Assembly (NCBI GenBank): GCA_018396695.1
Contig: JAGTQU010000003.1
Coordinates: 12,899-76,898 of the forward strand
Direction of reading: 5' to 3'
DNA: 64,000 nucleotides
DNA from: Candidatus Bathyarchaeota archaeon
GTDB taxonomy: Archaea > Thermoproteota > Bathyarchaeia > TCS64
In this document: piece by piece, positions 37,854-48,270 of the stretch
Layout of the letters: each line of letters begins with the position of its first letter
Numbering within the stretch: the stretch's first letter is position 1
Notes under the pieces: generated by a model
The model's database searches: none
Seen by the model: only the letters and a program-made list of their open reading frames with translations
What the model was told of the DNA's origin: nothing
Program-made: the position numbers and the translations under genes

Positions 37854-38529
37854 AACAGTTGACTTAGTGAAGGAGTATCAACAGGGGAAACAACCCTTTA
37901 GAGTACTCGATTCAATAAACCTGAAAATATCAAATGGAGAATTCGTATCCATAATGGGACCATCAGGGAGCGGAAAATCCACTCTGCTTCACATTATTGG
38001 TGCATTAGATAAACCGACCGATGGGAAAATCATCTTTAATGGAATTGACCTCTCTGGGCTTAACGACAACCAGCTTGCAGAGCTCAGAAATCGTGAACTA
38101 GGCTTCATTTTTCAATCGTTTAACCTAATCCACAGGATGAATGCTGTTGAAAATGTGGAGATGCCCTTGTCCATCTTTGGAGTTCCTCGCAAAGAAAGAA
38201 GGGGGAGAGCGATGAAACTTCTCGAAATGGTTGGTTTAAAAGACAGGATGAAACATAAGCCTTCAGAACTCAGTGGAGGAGAACAGCAGCGCGTAGCTAT
38301 CGCAAGGGCGCTCATCAATGATCCAAAGCTAATTTTATGTGATGAAGCTACTGGAAACCTTGATTCGAAAACGGGTCAAGAGATAATGGGTCTTCTCAGA
38401 AAACTCAACGAGGAGCAAGGTACGACTTTCATAGCTGTAACCCACGATCCGATAGTTGCACAGATGACGGATAGAATCATACGACTGAAGGATGGGAGAA
38501 TAGTTGGAGAAAAAAGGATGGCTGGTTAA
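37837..38529 (+). CDS. ABC transporter ATP-binding protein (MacB/LolD/FtsE-like).
   Basis: Walker [10 protein letters not shown], signature [15 protein letters not shown], and Walker [12 protein letters not shown]. Confidence 0.9.
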   Translation: MSYIVETVDLVKEYQQGKQPFRVLDSINLKISNGEFVSIMGPSGSGKSTLLHIIGALDKPTDGKIIFNGIDLSGLNDNQLAELRNRELGFIFQSFNLIHRMNAVENVEMPLSIFGVPRKERRGRAMKLLEMVGLKDRMKHKPSELSGGEQQRVAIARALINDPKLILCDEATGNLDSKTGQEIMGLLRKLNEEQGTTFIAVTHDPIVAQMTDRIIRLKDGRIVGEKRMAG

Positions 38530-38530
38530 A

Positions 38531-40072
38531 ATGAGGATGAAAAAAGACTTGTTAGTTATCACTTTCTTATACTTAGTCTTAATGTTTAACCCAACATTTG
38601 TGACTTCCGCTAGCAGTACCCCTTATCTGAGAGTGATTACCAGAGATAATTACATCTCAGCAGGAGTCTCAAACTCTATTGAGATAGAGCTTCAGAATAC
38701 TGGTAGCTATTCTGTTTATGATGTTGAATCTATCCTCTCAGTTCCTTCTAACGTTGTAGGGATCGTAGTCATAAAAGATCAGCACATGATCTTTAACGAG
38801 ATCGAGGCGGGAGAAGCTGTAACCTATTATCCAAAAATATATGTGGATGAAAAGACTCCTTTAGGAGCCTATATCTTAAATTTGCAAGTAAAATATCTCG
38901 ATCTTCTAATTTCAGAAGTGAGAGTAGCAAGTATCCAAGTTGGAGTTGTAGTAGATAGAGTCGAAAAAGACTACACTAGGCTAAATATCGAAGTGAAGAC
39001 GACTAGTCTTAAAATAGGATGCGAAAATAATGTAACCCTCTCCTTTGAGAATATTGGGGAAAAGTCGATCTATAAAATCGATGCGATTTTATCCTCTCAA
39101 TCTCCTTATTTAGCAATCATAAAAGGGAATAGATTCATCTATGAAGAATTAGAGCCTTCCGATAACGTGTCACACCAAATCACTATTGCTGTTTCAAAGA
39201 ACGCACCTTTAGGCGCGTATACTATTACATCGTCAGTCTCCTTCGAGGATGAGAACGGGAGATCTAATGCATATACCTATACTTTAGGTTTAAACATCGA
39301 CTCTGTAAAAGTCTCTAGACAAACAACGGTTTTATTGAAAGAGTATTCAACTAATCCTATCTTTGCACAGCCTGGAAAACCAGTGGATGTTGAGTTGGAA
39401 TTGCAGTGCATTGGAGATCAGGCGCATGATGTTAGAGTCCAAGCTTCAACCGATTTATCACCTCAAATTTCACCCTTAACTCCACTATACTTCGCGCTAG
39501 GAGATATTTCCAAAAATCAGAGTGCTAATATTGCTTTCAGGGTTCTAGTCGATGGAAAAGCAAATTCTGGCTCTTATCCAATTAGGTTAACTATAACTTA
39601 CCTTGATTCTTACGGGATCCAAAAAACTTCAACAGAGACGATAACTATACGGGTTAGAAGTTTCGTTGAATTAAAGATAATAAACCTAGACGATTTAACG
39701 CTAGAGAAAGGAGTGGTTAAGACTGTCGAAGCTGACCTGCTTCTAATAGGTACTGAAAGTTTAAAGTTTGTGAATATTGAATGTTTAGATTCAGATATAA
39801 TAAAAACATATAAGAAAGAGGTTTATATAGGCGCACTTGACTTGGATAGTCCAACCCCCTTCAGTTTAGAGATCTCTACAAAGCCAAATGCCACGATCGG
39901 AGACTACAAGTTGAGGCTTATTGTAACCTATTTTGATTCTCAAAATCAAGAGCGTTCATCTTTGATTGAAATCCCCTTCAGAGTAGTTGAATCTACTCAG
40001 CCACCAAAGCCTCAACAAGAGGGTATTGAAGGGTTTTGGGTCTGGTTAAGAAGACTTCTAGGACTGATTTAG
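38531..40072 (+). CDS. Secreted surface protein with tandem beta-sandwich (CARDB/COG1361-like) repeats and a C-terminal hydrophobic anchor.
   Basis: Signal peptide. Four repeated roughly 110-aa segments sharing the pattern ...LGAY.I...V.Y.D..G... The C-terminal anchor is GFWVWLRRLLGLI. Confidence 0.5.
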   Translation: MRMKKDLLVITFLYLVLMFNPTFVTSASSTPYLRVITRDNYISAGVSNSIEIELQNTGSYSVYDVESILSVPSNVVGIVVIKDQHMIFNEIEAGEAVTYYPKIYVDEKTPLGAYILNLQVKYLDLLISEVRVASIQVGVVVDRVEKDYTRLNIEVKTTSLKIGCENNVTLSFENIGEKSIYKIDAILSSQSPYLAIIKGNRFIYEELEPSDNVSHQITIAVSKNAPLGAYTITSSVSFEDENGRSNAYTYTLGLNIDSVKVSRQTTVLLKEYSTNPIFAQPGKPVDVELELQCIGDQAHDVRVQASTDLSPQISPLTPLYFALGDISKNQSANIAFRVLVDGKANSGSYPIRLTITYLDSYGIQKTSTETITIRVRSFVELKIINLDDLTLEKGVVKTVEADLLLIGTESLKFVNIECLDSDIIKTYKKEVYIGALDLDSPTPFSLEISTKPNATIGDYKLRLIVTYFDSQNQERSSLIEIPFRVVESTQPPKPQQEGIEGFWVWLRRLLGLI

Positions 40073-40084
40073 AAGGATTGAGCC

Positions 40085-41293
40085 ATGAGGCTAATCGATA
40101 TCATATTATTCACCATAGACGGAATAAAAGAGAGGAAAGTCAGGGTTGTCTTAAACATCATTGGGATCATGATAGGCGGTGCTGCTATCATATCCTTAGT
40201 CTCCGTGGCTGAAGGTATGAATCTTGAGATAAATAGACAGGTTGAGCTTTTAGGACCGAAAACAATAATCATCACGAATATTAATCTAGGTTTATCCCGG
40301 AGAGAGCCCATAACTCTAACATACAGGGAGCTCGATACTGTCAAAAATATTCCGCATGTTTCAGTGGCGACTCCGGTGATAAGTCGTGCTACAAGGATTA
40401 AGATTAATGGGCGTTCTGCACAGGTGCAAGTCACAGGGATTATTCCTGAAGAATATCTGAAAATAAACAAGAATTTGGAGATAAGTAAAGGTAGATTCCT
40501 TCAGAAAAGTGATGTAGTTTCAACGGTTTTAGGCTCGAACATTGCTAAGCCTCAGAGCGAGAAGGAGCTTATAGCTGATATTGGTGATAGGTTGATAGTC
40601 GAAGTCTTTAGTGGAACAGAAATTAAGTCATCTACACTTAGAGTGTCTGGTATACTCACTTCGATCGGTCAATCATTAGCGTTCTCGCCAGACGATTCGG
40701 TTTATATTAATCTGAGAACTGCTCAACAGATCTTCAATATGGGTAATCGAATATCTTCGATAATTGTGGAAGCGGATGACTTAAACACAATTGATATTGT
40801 TGTTAATAAAATACGTGAGAAACTAGGTGATGGAGTTACTATAATAACTTCAGGGTTTATACGAGATACCGTCGGAAGGGTCATCGGCATAGTGCAGGCT
40901 GTCCTTGGAAGCGTCTCTGCGATCTCTTTAGTGGTTGCAGGGGTAGGAATAGTCAACACTATGACCATATCTGTGATGGAGCGCACTAGAGAGATAGGAA
41001 TTTTAAAAGCTATAGGCGCTAAGAGCAGGGATATACTTATGGCTTTTCTATCAGAGTCCCTTCTAACTGGATTCTCGGGAGGAATAGTTGGGTCGATTGT
41101 CGGCGTCTTCATGGGACAGGTAATCTCTTCTCTTGCCCAAGTTACAATTGGAATATCTCTCACTCCCTCCACTTCTTTTCAAATGATAGCCATCGTTATC
41201 CTTTTTTCCATGGTTACAGGGATTTTAGCGGGACTATATCCTGCTTGGAGAGCTTCAAACCTGAATCCTGTAGAGGCGTTGAGATATGAGTGA
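40085..41293 (+). CDS. ABC transporter permease, FtsX/MacB type, with an N-terminal periplasmic domain.
   Basis: N-terminal TM helix, a roughly 220-aa extracytoplasmic domain, then three C-terminal TM helices with FtsX-like spacing. Confidence 0.8.
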   Translation: MRLIDIILFTIDGIKERKVRVVLNIIGIMIGGAAIISLVSVAEGMNLEINRQVELLGPKTIIITNINLGLSRREPITLTYRELDTVKNIPHVSVATPVISRATRIKINGRSAQVQVTGIIPEEYLKINKNLEISKGRFLQKSDVVSTVLGSNIAKPQSEKELIADIGDRLIVEVFSGTEIKSSTLRVSGILTSIGQSLAFSPDDSVYINLRTAQQIFNMGNRISSIIVEADDLNTIDIVVNKIREKLGDGVTIITSGFIRDTVGRVIGIVQAVLGSVSAISLVVAGVGIVNTMTISVMERTREIGILKAIGAKSRDILMAFLSESLLTGFSGGIVGSIVGVFMGQVISSLAQVTIGISLTPSTSFQMIAIVILFSMVTGILAGLYPAWRASNLNPVEALRYE

Positions 41294-41939
41294 AAATAAG
41301 GGCCTCCTAAGCAACTTTACTGGGATTATTAAATCTCCGAAAAGAACGTTTAATTTAATTGAGAGCAAAGATTTTAAGAAGGGCTTTCTAATCGTTTTAA
41401 TTAATGCAGGATTATCAGTTCTAGCTGAGTTTAACTACGGCATGAAAATGGATCTCCTCAAATTCCTTCCAACTGGGAACAATTTTACTTTGATCAACCC
41501 TGAAACCTTTAGAAGAAACTTGGTCACGATAATCTCTCTCTTCAACGGTTTAGGGGTTATTGTAGGCTGGTTCATTCTCTCCATAATCGCTTATTCGATC
41601 TCCAGAAGCAGCTCTATGCATGGAGGATTTAAACGGTTAGCAACGTTGATAGGGTTCACATACCTCCCCTTAATGTTTCAACAGATTATCAGAGTAGTAG
41701 ACTCGTATATTATTCCTGAAGAGTTTTTGAATGCTTACATTCAATCTCGAAACCAGTCTTATATTGGTAGCCTAGCAAATGTAGCTGTAAGAACTTTTTC
41801 AATATTTGGAATATGGACATTTATTCTAACAGTATTGGCTATCTCGAACAACTCTAATTTGTCTATAAAAAAATCTATCCTTATCACTATTGCCATTTAT
41901 TCCTTATATATAATCCTTAGAACGTTTTTACCTATTTAA
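41286..41939 (+). CDS. Yip1-like multi-TM membrane protein.
   Basis: Five TM helices and an N-terminal soluble segment. It overlaps the permease stop. Confidence 0.4.
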   Translation: MSENKGLLSNFTGIIKSPKRTFNLIESKDFKKGFLIVLINAGLSVLAEFNYGMKMDLLKFLPTGNNFTLINPETFRRNLVTIISLFNGLGVIVGWFILSIIAYSISRSSSMHGGFKRLATLIGFTYLPLMFQQIIRVVDSYIIPEEFLNAYIQSRNQSYIGSLANVAVRTFSIFGIWTFILTVLAISNNSNLSIKKSILITIAIYSLYIILRTFLPI

Positions 41940-41952
41940 TGTTTAGACATTT

Positions 41953-42498
41953 TCATTTTTTTTGTAGCCTTATGAATGTGAAACCATCTATATTTTTGAA
42001 TATTAGGGCAGTAGGCCTCTCAGGAATGTATACTGCGAAACTGTTATGAAACCTAGATAGGAAATCGTATTGATTATTCTCGTATACGGAGAATAAAATT
42101 AGAGAATAGCTTGAATTATCTAAGAAAGAAAACTCGATGTCATATGATTCATAACCTAACTTGCTTGGCTGAGATAACCACGGTATGAAGATCCTTGAAA
42201 CTCCATTCTTCACTAAGACCTCTATTCCTTTAGGATCAATGAGGGTAAGATTATAAAAGTCGATAACAAGCCATAAATAGGTTTTCGATGCTCCACTGTT
42301 TCTAGTTTGAAGCGCGATCTTGAGGTTATCTTTTCTTGAATTTACTATTTCATTATACTTAATAGAAGTATAAACATGATAGAATACAATTGGTCTCGAC
42401 ATAAAACCATAGATAAAAGACCCTACAATAATTAAAGAAATGGATAGCATTAATGATGCTTCAAATTTACTTTGATCCATAAAATAGATCTTATTCAT
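41953..42498 (-). CDS. Hypothetical N-terminally anchored protein.
   Basis: ORF translation only. AT-rich composition. Confidence 0.3.
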   Translation of the reverse strand: MNKIYFMDQSKFEASLMLSISLIIVGSFIYGFMSRPIVFYHVYTSIKYNEIVNSRKDNLKIALQTRNSGASKTYLWLVIDFYNLTLIDPKGIEVLVKNGVSRIFIPWLSQPSKLGYESYDIEFSFLDNSSYSLILFSVYENNQYDFLSRFHNSFAVYIPERPTALIFKNIDGFTFIRLQKK

Positions 42499-42953
42499 TG
42501 GAAATTTAAATCTAGGGACAGAAAAAGTTGTATTTACGTTAACGATAAGGCAGATTTCGTTTCTATAAAGAATTTTGATAGCATGCCTAATCTGGCTGAT
42601 TATGTTTTTAGATTCGTAATCCTTTGAAGTAGCGATTTCTCTTTTTCAACTAGTTTTAATATCGAGACCCTGTTTCTGGCGGATTTGGCACGATATAAGT
42701 CTGCAAATCCTTTTCAATTGTGGTCTAATTACAATATTTGAATACTTCTCGAAGAATACTTGGTTATTTAGGAGTTCACAAAATCTTTTTTTACATCAGA
42801 AGATCTTCCATTTTTGGCGGGCGATGATAAACAAGCCCTTCTGATCCATGATGAAGATCTTGAGTTTAGAGCCCGCCTGATGAAAAATAGTGATTGAATC
42901 ATTCAACATAATTAAATAATGTAGAGAGGATAATAATATTCTTGGGTGTTTTA

Positions 42954-43133
42954 ATGCCTCTTGTAGAGATAAAATGGTGGAAGGGAAGAGATAAAGCAAC
43001 GAAGGCTAAGACTATAGAACTCGTTACGAAAGCCATATGCGAAGCAATTGGTTGTAGTCCAGAAGCAGTAGAGGTAATAATACAGGATATCGACAAAGAA
43101 TCTTGGGGCAGAGCTGGCAAACCTTTCGCTTAA
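42954..43133 (+). CDS. 4-oxalocrotonate tautomerase family protein. Start set so that Pro follows the initiator Met.
   Basis: MPLVEIKWWKGRD, with catalytic Pro1. Length is about 59 aa. Confidence 0.65.
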   Translation: MPLVEIKWWKGRDKATKAKTIELVTKAICEAIGCSPEAVEVIIQDIDKESWGRAGKPFA

Positions 43134-43134
43134 A

Positions 43135-44742
43135 CTATTTTTTTCCACTTTTTTTAACAGCCTTACGTAATTCTTTAATGACTTTATCGCTACCTAGAGC
43201 TTCAACGTATGACCCAAATCGAGGACCCTGACTAGAGCCAAGCAGAATCTTATAGAGGATTTGAAATATATTTTTAGGAGACATATTCAGGTTTTTCGCT
43301 GTTTGAAATACAGCTGACTGGTACTCATCAGCAGTCTTTACTTTTTGCAGCATCTCTGAAATAGATTCTATAGCTTCTGCCTCTTTCTCAGACATTTTTA
43401 CTTCAATTTTCGTTATTCTGCCAAAATCATTCAACCAATTTAACGCGAACCGGATTCGTTCTTCGAGTCCTTCAGCCCCCTGTTTCAAATACCCATATTT
43501 CTCAAGCTTATTTCTAATAAAATCTGTCTCAGAGCCTTTAGGAGCTACCTTTGCTAATTGGACTAGAAGATTATAGGGAATATGGACACTGGGTTTGATC
43601 GGAGGTTTCAGCATCCAGCAATATTCATAAAGTCCAGAGAGTTTTATAGACTCTAATTCGTCTATTATCCCTGATTTACCGAAGTAGATCTCCTCTAAAT
43701 GGTCAAACTCATCCATATGGGTAGGTACATCATCAACTGAGCAGCTTCTCGTACCTACAAACCTTTTTAAGATCAATAGGTTTAATGATTGCGGCGTCCC
43801 GTATCGGAACCATACTTGAGGAGTGAATACATTACCAGCTGATTTGGAAATCTTCTTTCCGCCCTTGTCAAGAAACATCTCGTATTGAACGTGCATGGGA
43901 GGCTCAAAGCCGAGGATTTCTCTGCAGATCCTGTCATTAACCCTTACAGAATCGGCTATATCTTTCCCATAGGCTTCGAATCTGATATCTAAAGCCTTCC
44001 ACCTGGCGGCAAATTCAACTTTCCAGCTGAGTTTACCTTTGCCTGATAATACATCGACTTCTCCCTCATGACCGCAACCATTGAGCCATTTTTTCTTCAC
44101 TTCCATTCCTGTGCATCTATATAGAATTTTATGCTCGTCAGGAACATATTCGTAAGCATTAGTCGTATATATTCGACCACAATTCTCGCAGATGGGGAAA
44201 TACGGTAGAGTCTCTAAATATTTCTCTTGTCCAAGCTCCTCTTTGATTATCTTACCCGCTTTTTCAACATTCTCTAGAATCGTGAGGATTTCTCGATTTA
44301 GAAGACCTAATTCATAAACTTTTGCTGCTGATTGAAATTTGTATTCTACTCCGCATTTGTCTAATGCTTCTAGGAGTAACGAAGTCATGTGGCTCCCGAA
44401 GCTTTCATGGCAGTCTCCCGCAGGATCAGGTATATCGGATACGGGGTATCCAAGCCACCTCTCATACTCTTTCGGTAGTCCCGCAGGGACCTTCCTCAAA
44501 CCGTCTTTATCGTCTGAAAACGCTACGAGTTCAGAATCGTATCCTTGTAGCTTGACCCCTAAAGCTACTGCGTAATTTCTGATAGCGTCTCCTAGGCTGC
44601 CGATGTGAGGAAACCCTGAGGCTCCTAACCCACTTTCCGTCCTAATGGGGGTTAGAGTCCTACCCAGGCTTTTCTCTCTCTCAATGAGACTTTTAGCAGC
44701 CTTGTCATACCATGTTCCTTTACCTATAATTTCCTTCGGCAT
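43135..44742 (-). CDS. lysS: Lysine-tRNA ligase, class I (archaeal type).
   Basis: The HIGS (HIGH) motif lies near the N-terminus and KISKSAGN (KMSKS) is present. Length is 535 aa. Confidence 0.9.
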   Translation of the reverse strand: MPKEIIGKGTWYDKAAKSLIEREKSLGRTLTPIRTESGLGASGFPHIGSLGDAIRNYAVALGVKLQGYDSELVAFSDDKDGLRKVPAGLPKEYERWLGYPVSDIPDPAGDCHESFGSHMTSLLLEALDKCGVEYKFQSAAKVYELGLLNREILTILENVEKAGKIIKEELGQEKYLETLPYFPICENCGRIYTTNAYEYVPDEHKILYRCTGMEVKKKWLNGCGHEGEVDVLSGKGKLSWKVEFAARWKALDIRFEAYGKDIADSVRVNDRICREILGFEPPMHVQYEMFLDKGGKKISKSAGNVFTPQVWFRYGTPQSLNLLILKRFVGTRSCSVDDVPTHMDEFDHLEEIYFGKSGIIDELESIKLSGLYEYCWMLKPPIKPSVHIPYNLLVQLAKVAPKGSETDFIRNKLEKYGYLKQGAEGLEERIRFALNWLNDFGRITKIEVKMSEKEAEAIESISEMLQKVKTADEYQSAVFQTAKNLNMSPKNIFQILYKILLGSSQGPRFGSYVEALGSDKVIKELRKAVKKSGKK

Positions 44743-44825
44743 TCGAGCGATCGAGGATTATTGATCAGAAGAGATTTATAAAAGAGATTCTTCCCTCGAT
44801 TTTACTCCATATTTTAAAGCCAAAA

Positions 44826-45746
44826 TCAGCTGAGGTTTTTAGTCTTTTTCCATTTAAAATATTCTATGAAACCTTGTAGGTTGAATAGGGACGCTGCCTC
44901 ACGACGATCAGAAGGCTCAATCCACCTTTTAGTCATAGGATCCTCTAGTTTTATCTTTGCGTATATATCTTCGATATTCTCTTCTTTTTCTAACCCTTCC
45001 TCCACTATGCGGCTCCATAGAATTACTTGTTTCTTATATAGTTTCAGCTTTTCAATTCCTCTATGAGAAAATCCGAAGTGGCTATAACATACAATTTTTG
45101 GGCTAAGTGAGATTAATCTGTCTAAACTTTCTACCGCTTTTTCAGGGTTGAACGGGGGAGGCGTTGTAGGCATAACAGTGCCAGAGAGAGGCGAGTAAAA
45201 GCCTGCCGCATCCCCCGCTATAAGGACCCCCTCTTTCGCGAGAAAATAACATTGATGATGAGAAGAGTGTCCTGGAGTCCATATAATCTCGACTTGACAA
45301 CATCCAGTCGAGAGTTTTTCATCATCTTTAGATTCTATGATTCTGTCTGCTGGAGCTCCCCTGATCTCACCGTAATCGTCTACTCTAGAGCCAAAAAATT
45401 GTCTTGCAGAAGCCTCTAAAATACTAGGATCCGCTAGATGTTTGGCTCCTCTTGGATGGACATGGACTTTAGCGTTTTGGAAAGTTTCGAGAATCTTCCA
45501 GACCCCTCCAGTATGATCTAAATGAATGTGAGTTGAACCAACGAGCAACTCGCTGTTTTTTTCAATGCCTAGCTGCTTCAATCCTTCTATAACTCCAGGG
45601 ATAGACTCTGTTGGTCCTGGATCAACGACGAAATTCGGAGCACCTATCACTACATATGTTCCTAGTATCCCTAACCTCCCATGATAAGGTGCGTCGATTA
45701 GGTAGACTCCTGCTTCGATCTCTGTAATTTTCATCACACATCTCAA
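44826..45746 (-). CDS. MBL-fold metallo-hydrolase.
   Basis: HIHLDHTGG motif plus downstream His and Asp ligands. Confidence 0.7.
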   Translation of the reverse strand: MRCVMKITEIEAGVYLIDAPYHGRLGILGTYVVIGAPNFVVDPGPTESIPGVIEGLKQLGIEKNSELLVGSTHIHLDHTGGVWKILETFQNAKVHVHPRGAKHLADPSILEASARQFFGSRVDDYGEIRGAPADRIIESKDDEKLSTGCCQVEIIWTPGHSSHHQCYFLAKEGVLIAGDAAGFYSPLSGTVMPTTPPPFNPEKAVESLDRLISLSPKIVCYSHFGFSHRGIEKLKLYKKQVILWSRIVEEGLEKEENIEDIYAKIKLEDPMTKRWIEPSDRREAASLFNLQGFIEYFKWKKTKNLS

Positions 45747-45830
45747 TTAGGGGATGATCAAAGGTTTTTAAGCCTAATGCAAGAAAACCCGAGCTAAAAA
45801 TAAAATTTCTCAATCAGTTTAAATTTACAG

Positions 45831-46790
45831 TCAGTCTTTGTTTAATATATTTCTTACAGTCTTTCTTACAGCCTCTTCACTATCGTATTTAGGAGACCAT
45901 CCTAAAGATTTTAGGCGGGAGCTATCTAAGAACATTATTTTCACATCTCCCGCCCATCCTCTGCCCTCCTCAAATTCTTCTCCGAGCCTTATAACAGCGT
46001 CAGGTAACCCCATCTCTTCTTTCACGATTTCAGCTATCTTCAGCACGTTAACTTGGTCATCCGATCCAACGTTGAAGATTTCCACCCTTTCGGTGCCTTT
46101 CTCCATACCAGTGATAAGACCTTCGATACAGTCATCTATGTAAAGGTAAGATTTAGTCTGGCTGCCGTTTCCTAAAACCTCTAACTCTTTACTATTTTTC
46201 TTCATTTTTTCAATGAAATCGAAAATAACCCCATGATTACACCTTGAGCCAACTATGTTTGCCAGCCTATAAACAACGGCTTTGAATCCATAAAGCGAAG
46301 CATATGATGAGATTAGTGCCTCCGATGCAAGCTTCGATGCCCCATATACCGAAATAGGCTTTAATGGAGCATAGTTCTCCGGAGTAGGTATAGTCTCTGG
46401 TTCGCCATATACTGTGGAAGACGATGCGAAAATAAAAGTGTTTAAAGTTCCTCTTTTCCGAATGACTTCAAGAAGGTTGAATGTTGCTTCAATATTTTGT
46501 TTAAAATGGTCTATAGGACTCGCAAGCCACCCTCTTACTTCTGGATTTGCAGCTAGGTGAAAGACTATCTGACAATCTTCGAGGGCTTTAGAAACCTGCT
46601 CTATATTAAGAAGATCCCCCTCGATTATCTTTAAACGAGGATTGCCTAAACTATTTTTCAGGTTATGATAGCTTCCTCTCGAAAAATTGTCGAAAACTAT
46701 GACTCTAAATCCATAGTCTAGTAGCCGATCCACAAGGTGGCTTCCTATGAAACCCGCTCCGCCTGTTACTAGGGCTCTCATATTTTCCAT
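45831..46790 (-). CDS. NAD-dependent epimerase/dehydratase (UDP-glucose 4-epimerase-like SDR).
   Basis: VTGGAGFIGSHL Rossmann motif and a YxxxK catalytic dyad. Confidence 0.8.
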   Translation of the reverse strand: MENMRALVTGGAGFIGSHLVDRLLDYGFRVIVFDNFSRGSYHNLKNSLGNPRLKIIEGDLLNIEQVSKALEDCQIVFHLAANPEVRGWLASPIDHFKQNIEATFNLLEVIRKRGTLNTFIFASSSTVYGEPETIPTPENYAPLKPISVYGASKLASEALISSYASLYGFKAVVYRLANIVGSRCNHGVIFDFIEKMKKNSKELEVLGNGSQTKSYLYIDDCIEGLITGMEKGTERVEIFNVGSDDQVNVLKIAEIVKEEMGLPDAVIRLGEEFEEGRGWAGDVKIMFLDSSRLKSLGWSPKYDSEEAVRKTVRNILNKD

Positions 46791-46806
46791 CCTTATTCGA
46801 AATTGT

Positions 46807-47238
46807 TTAATTATGTTTCAAGTATTTATAAGAAAGTATTGAAGATAAAACGATCAGCGTTCCCAGAGATATCAGCAGACTAGATAATAAACTTGTAAAA
46901 GATATCAAATTATAAGAATACTCTCTAAGAAAGAAGGATGATACCAGGAAGAATAAACCTCTAAACCCGTCTGAAATGCTTTTCCTTTTATTAATGTTTG
47001 TTAACAGCCTTATCCCACAAGAGGCTAGATTCCAGACACCCCCACCTATGAGAAGCCAGATTAAAGGCCAAATTAGGCTATTTGGGATTATTATGATTTT
47101 CCCAAACTCGAGACTCCTAAACCATGAGAATAGATCATTAAATACATTTGGAAAATTTATGATGATTAAAGACACTATGATGATGAAGACTCCAAAACCA
47201 AGAAGGTTTATAGGGTCTCTATTTTCATGTTTTGACAC
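46807..47238 (-). CDS. Small 4-TM membrane protein, hypothetical.
   Basis: ORF translation only. Confidence 0.3.
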   Translation of the reverse strand: MSKHENRDPINLLGFGVFIIIVSLIIINFPNVFNDLFSWFRSLEFGKIIIIPNSLIWPLIWLLIGGGVWNLASCGIRLLTNINKRKSISDGFRGLFFLVSSFFLREYSYNLISFTSLLSSLLISLGTLIVLSSILSYKYLKHN

Positions 47239-47307
47239 TAATCTCCCCTTATTCAGATATGCTTTACGCGCATAAATCTATCTATTCAATTGAAAAATTG
47301 TAAGAAT

Positions 47308-48270
47308 CTAGGATTCTGTCTTTTTTACTTTCTTCAGAACTTTGATTAAGGCTGGAAGAATAGTGTAAAGATCCCCTAATATGCCATAATCTGAGATCTC
47401 GAATATTCCTGCTGCTTCGTCTTGGTTAACTGAGACAATTATCTGAGATCCCCTAATGCCTGCGGCATGTTGAATCGTTCCAGAGATTCCAAAGGCTATA
47501 TAAAGTCTGGGTTTAACTTTTTTCCCACTTATTCCTATCCATTCATCGAGCCAGCCGTTATCAGCTGAAATAGGTCTAGTGCATCCTATTTTTGAACCTA
47601 GAATAGAGGATAATTCACGTAGCAAATCTAAATCTTCTTTTTTCTTGAACCCTCTCCCTGCTGCGACAATTATCGAAGCCTCTTCAAGACCGGTATCCGA
47701 CTTGCTTTTTTCTCGTTTTTCTAAGATTTGAACCTTGGATTTAGGATGGTCAGTGTCAAGTCTAAGCACTTCGGCTACCTTTGTTGAGGGTTCTAATCTT
47801 TTGAATATGTTTTTTGAAATAACCGCGATATGGGGTTTTCTCCTGCTTTTTTCAAGAGCTATTGAAGATCCTCCATAAATTAAACGTTCGGCTAATAGAT
47901 TTCCTTCCTTATCGATGTTCAAACTTATACACTCTGTCATGCAGCCTGCGTCTAACGCTGCTGCAGTTCTAGCTGCAAGCTCTTTTCCAAATTTCGTCGC
48001 GCCAATTAGTATAACGTCTGGGTTAACCCTTTTTACAGCCTCCACTACGCCTATTTTGTAGAGTTCAACATCATAGTGTTCAAGTGATTTGTTTTCGATT
48101 GTGATAACCGCATCAGAATAATTTAAAACAGATGCTACATGACCTTCGACATTAGACCCGATTACAAGAGCGTAGAGTTTTGCCGCCAGGTTATTGGAGA
48201 GTTCTCTGCCCTTGCTTAGAAGCTGGAGCTGTAGATCCAAATCTTCAGAATATACTAGGATCCCTGTCAC
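47308..48270 (-). CDS. etfA: Electron transfer flavoprotein alpha subunit.
   Basis: C-terminal FAD-binding signature LYIAFGISGTIQHAAGIRGSQIIVSVNQDEAAGIF. Confidence 0.85.
   Translation of the reverse strand: MTGILVYSEDLDLQLQLLSKGRELSNNLAAKLYALVIGSNVEGHVASVLNYSDAVITIENKSLEHYDVELYKIGVVEAVKRVNPDVILIGATKFGKELAARTAAALDAGCMTECISLNIDKEGNLLAERLIYGGSSIALEKSRRKPHIAVISKNIFKRLEPSTKVAEVLRLDTDHPKSKVQILEKREKSKSDTGLEEASIIVAAGRGFKKKEDLDLLRELSSILGSKIGCTRPISADNGWLDEWIGISGKKVKPRLYIAFGISGTIQHAAGIRGSQIIVSVNQDEAAGIFEISDYGILGDLYTILPALIKVLKKVKKTES

Noticed and set aside
42796-43148. Three overlapping 63-73-aa minus-strand ORFs opposite the tautomerase gene and its upstream region.
   Set aside because: They overlap each other and the well-conserved plus-strand 4-oxalocrotonate tautomerase, and show no motifs. 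They are artefacts of AT-rich sequence.
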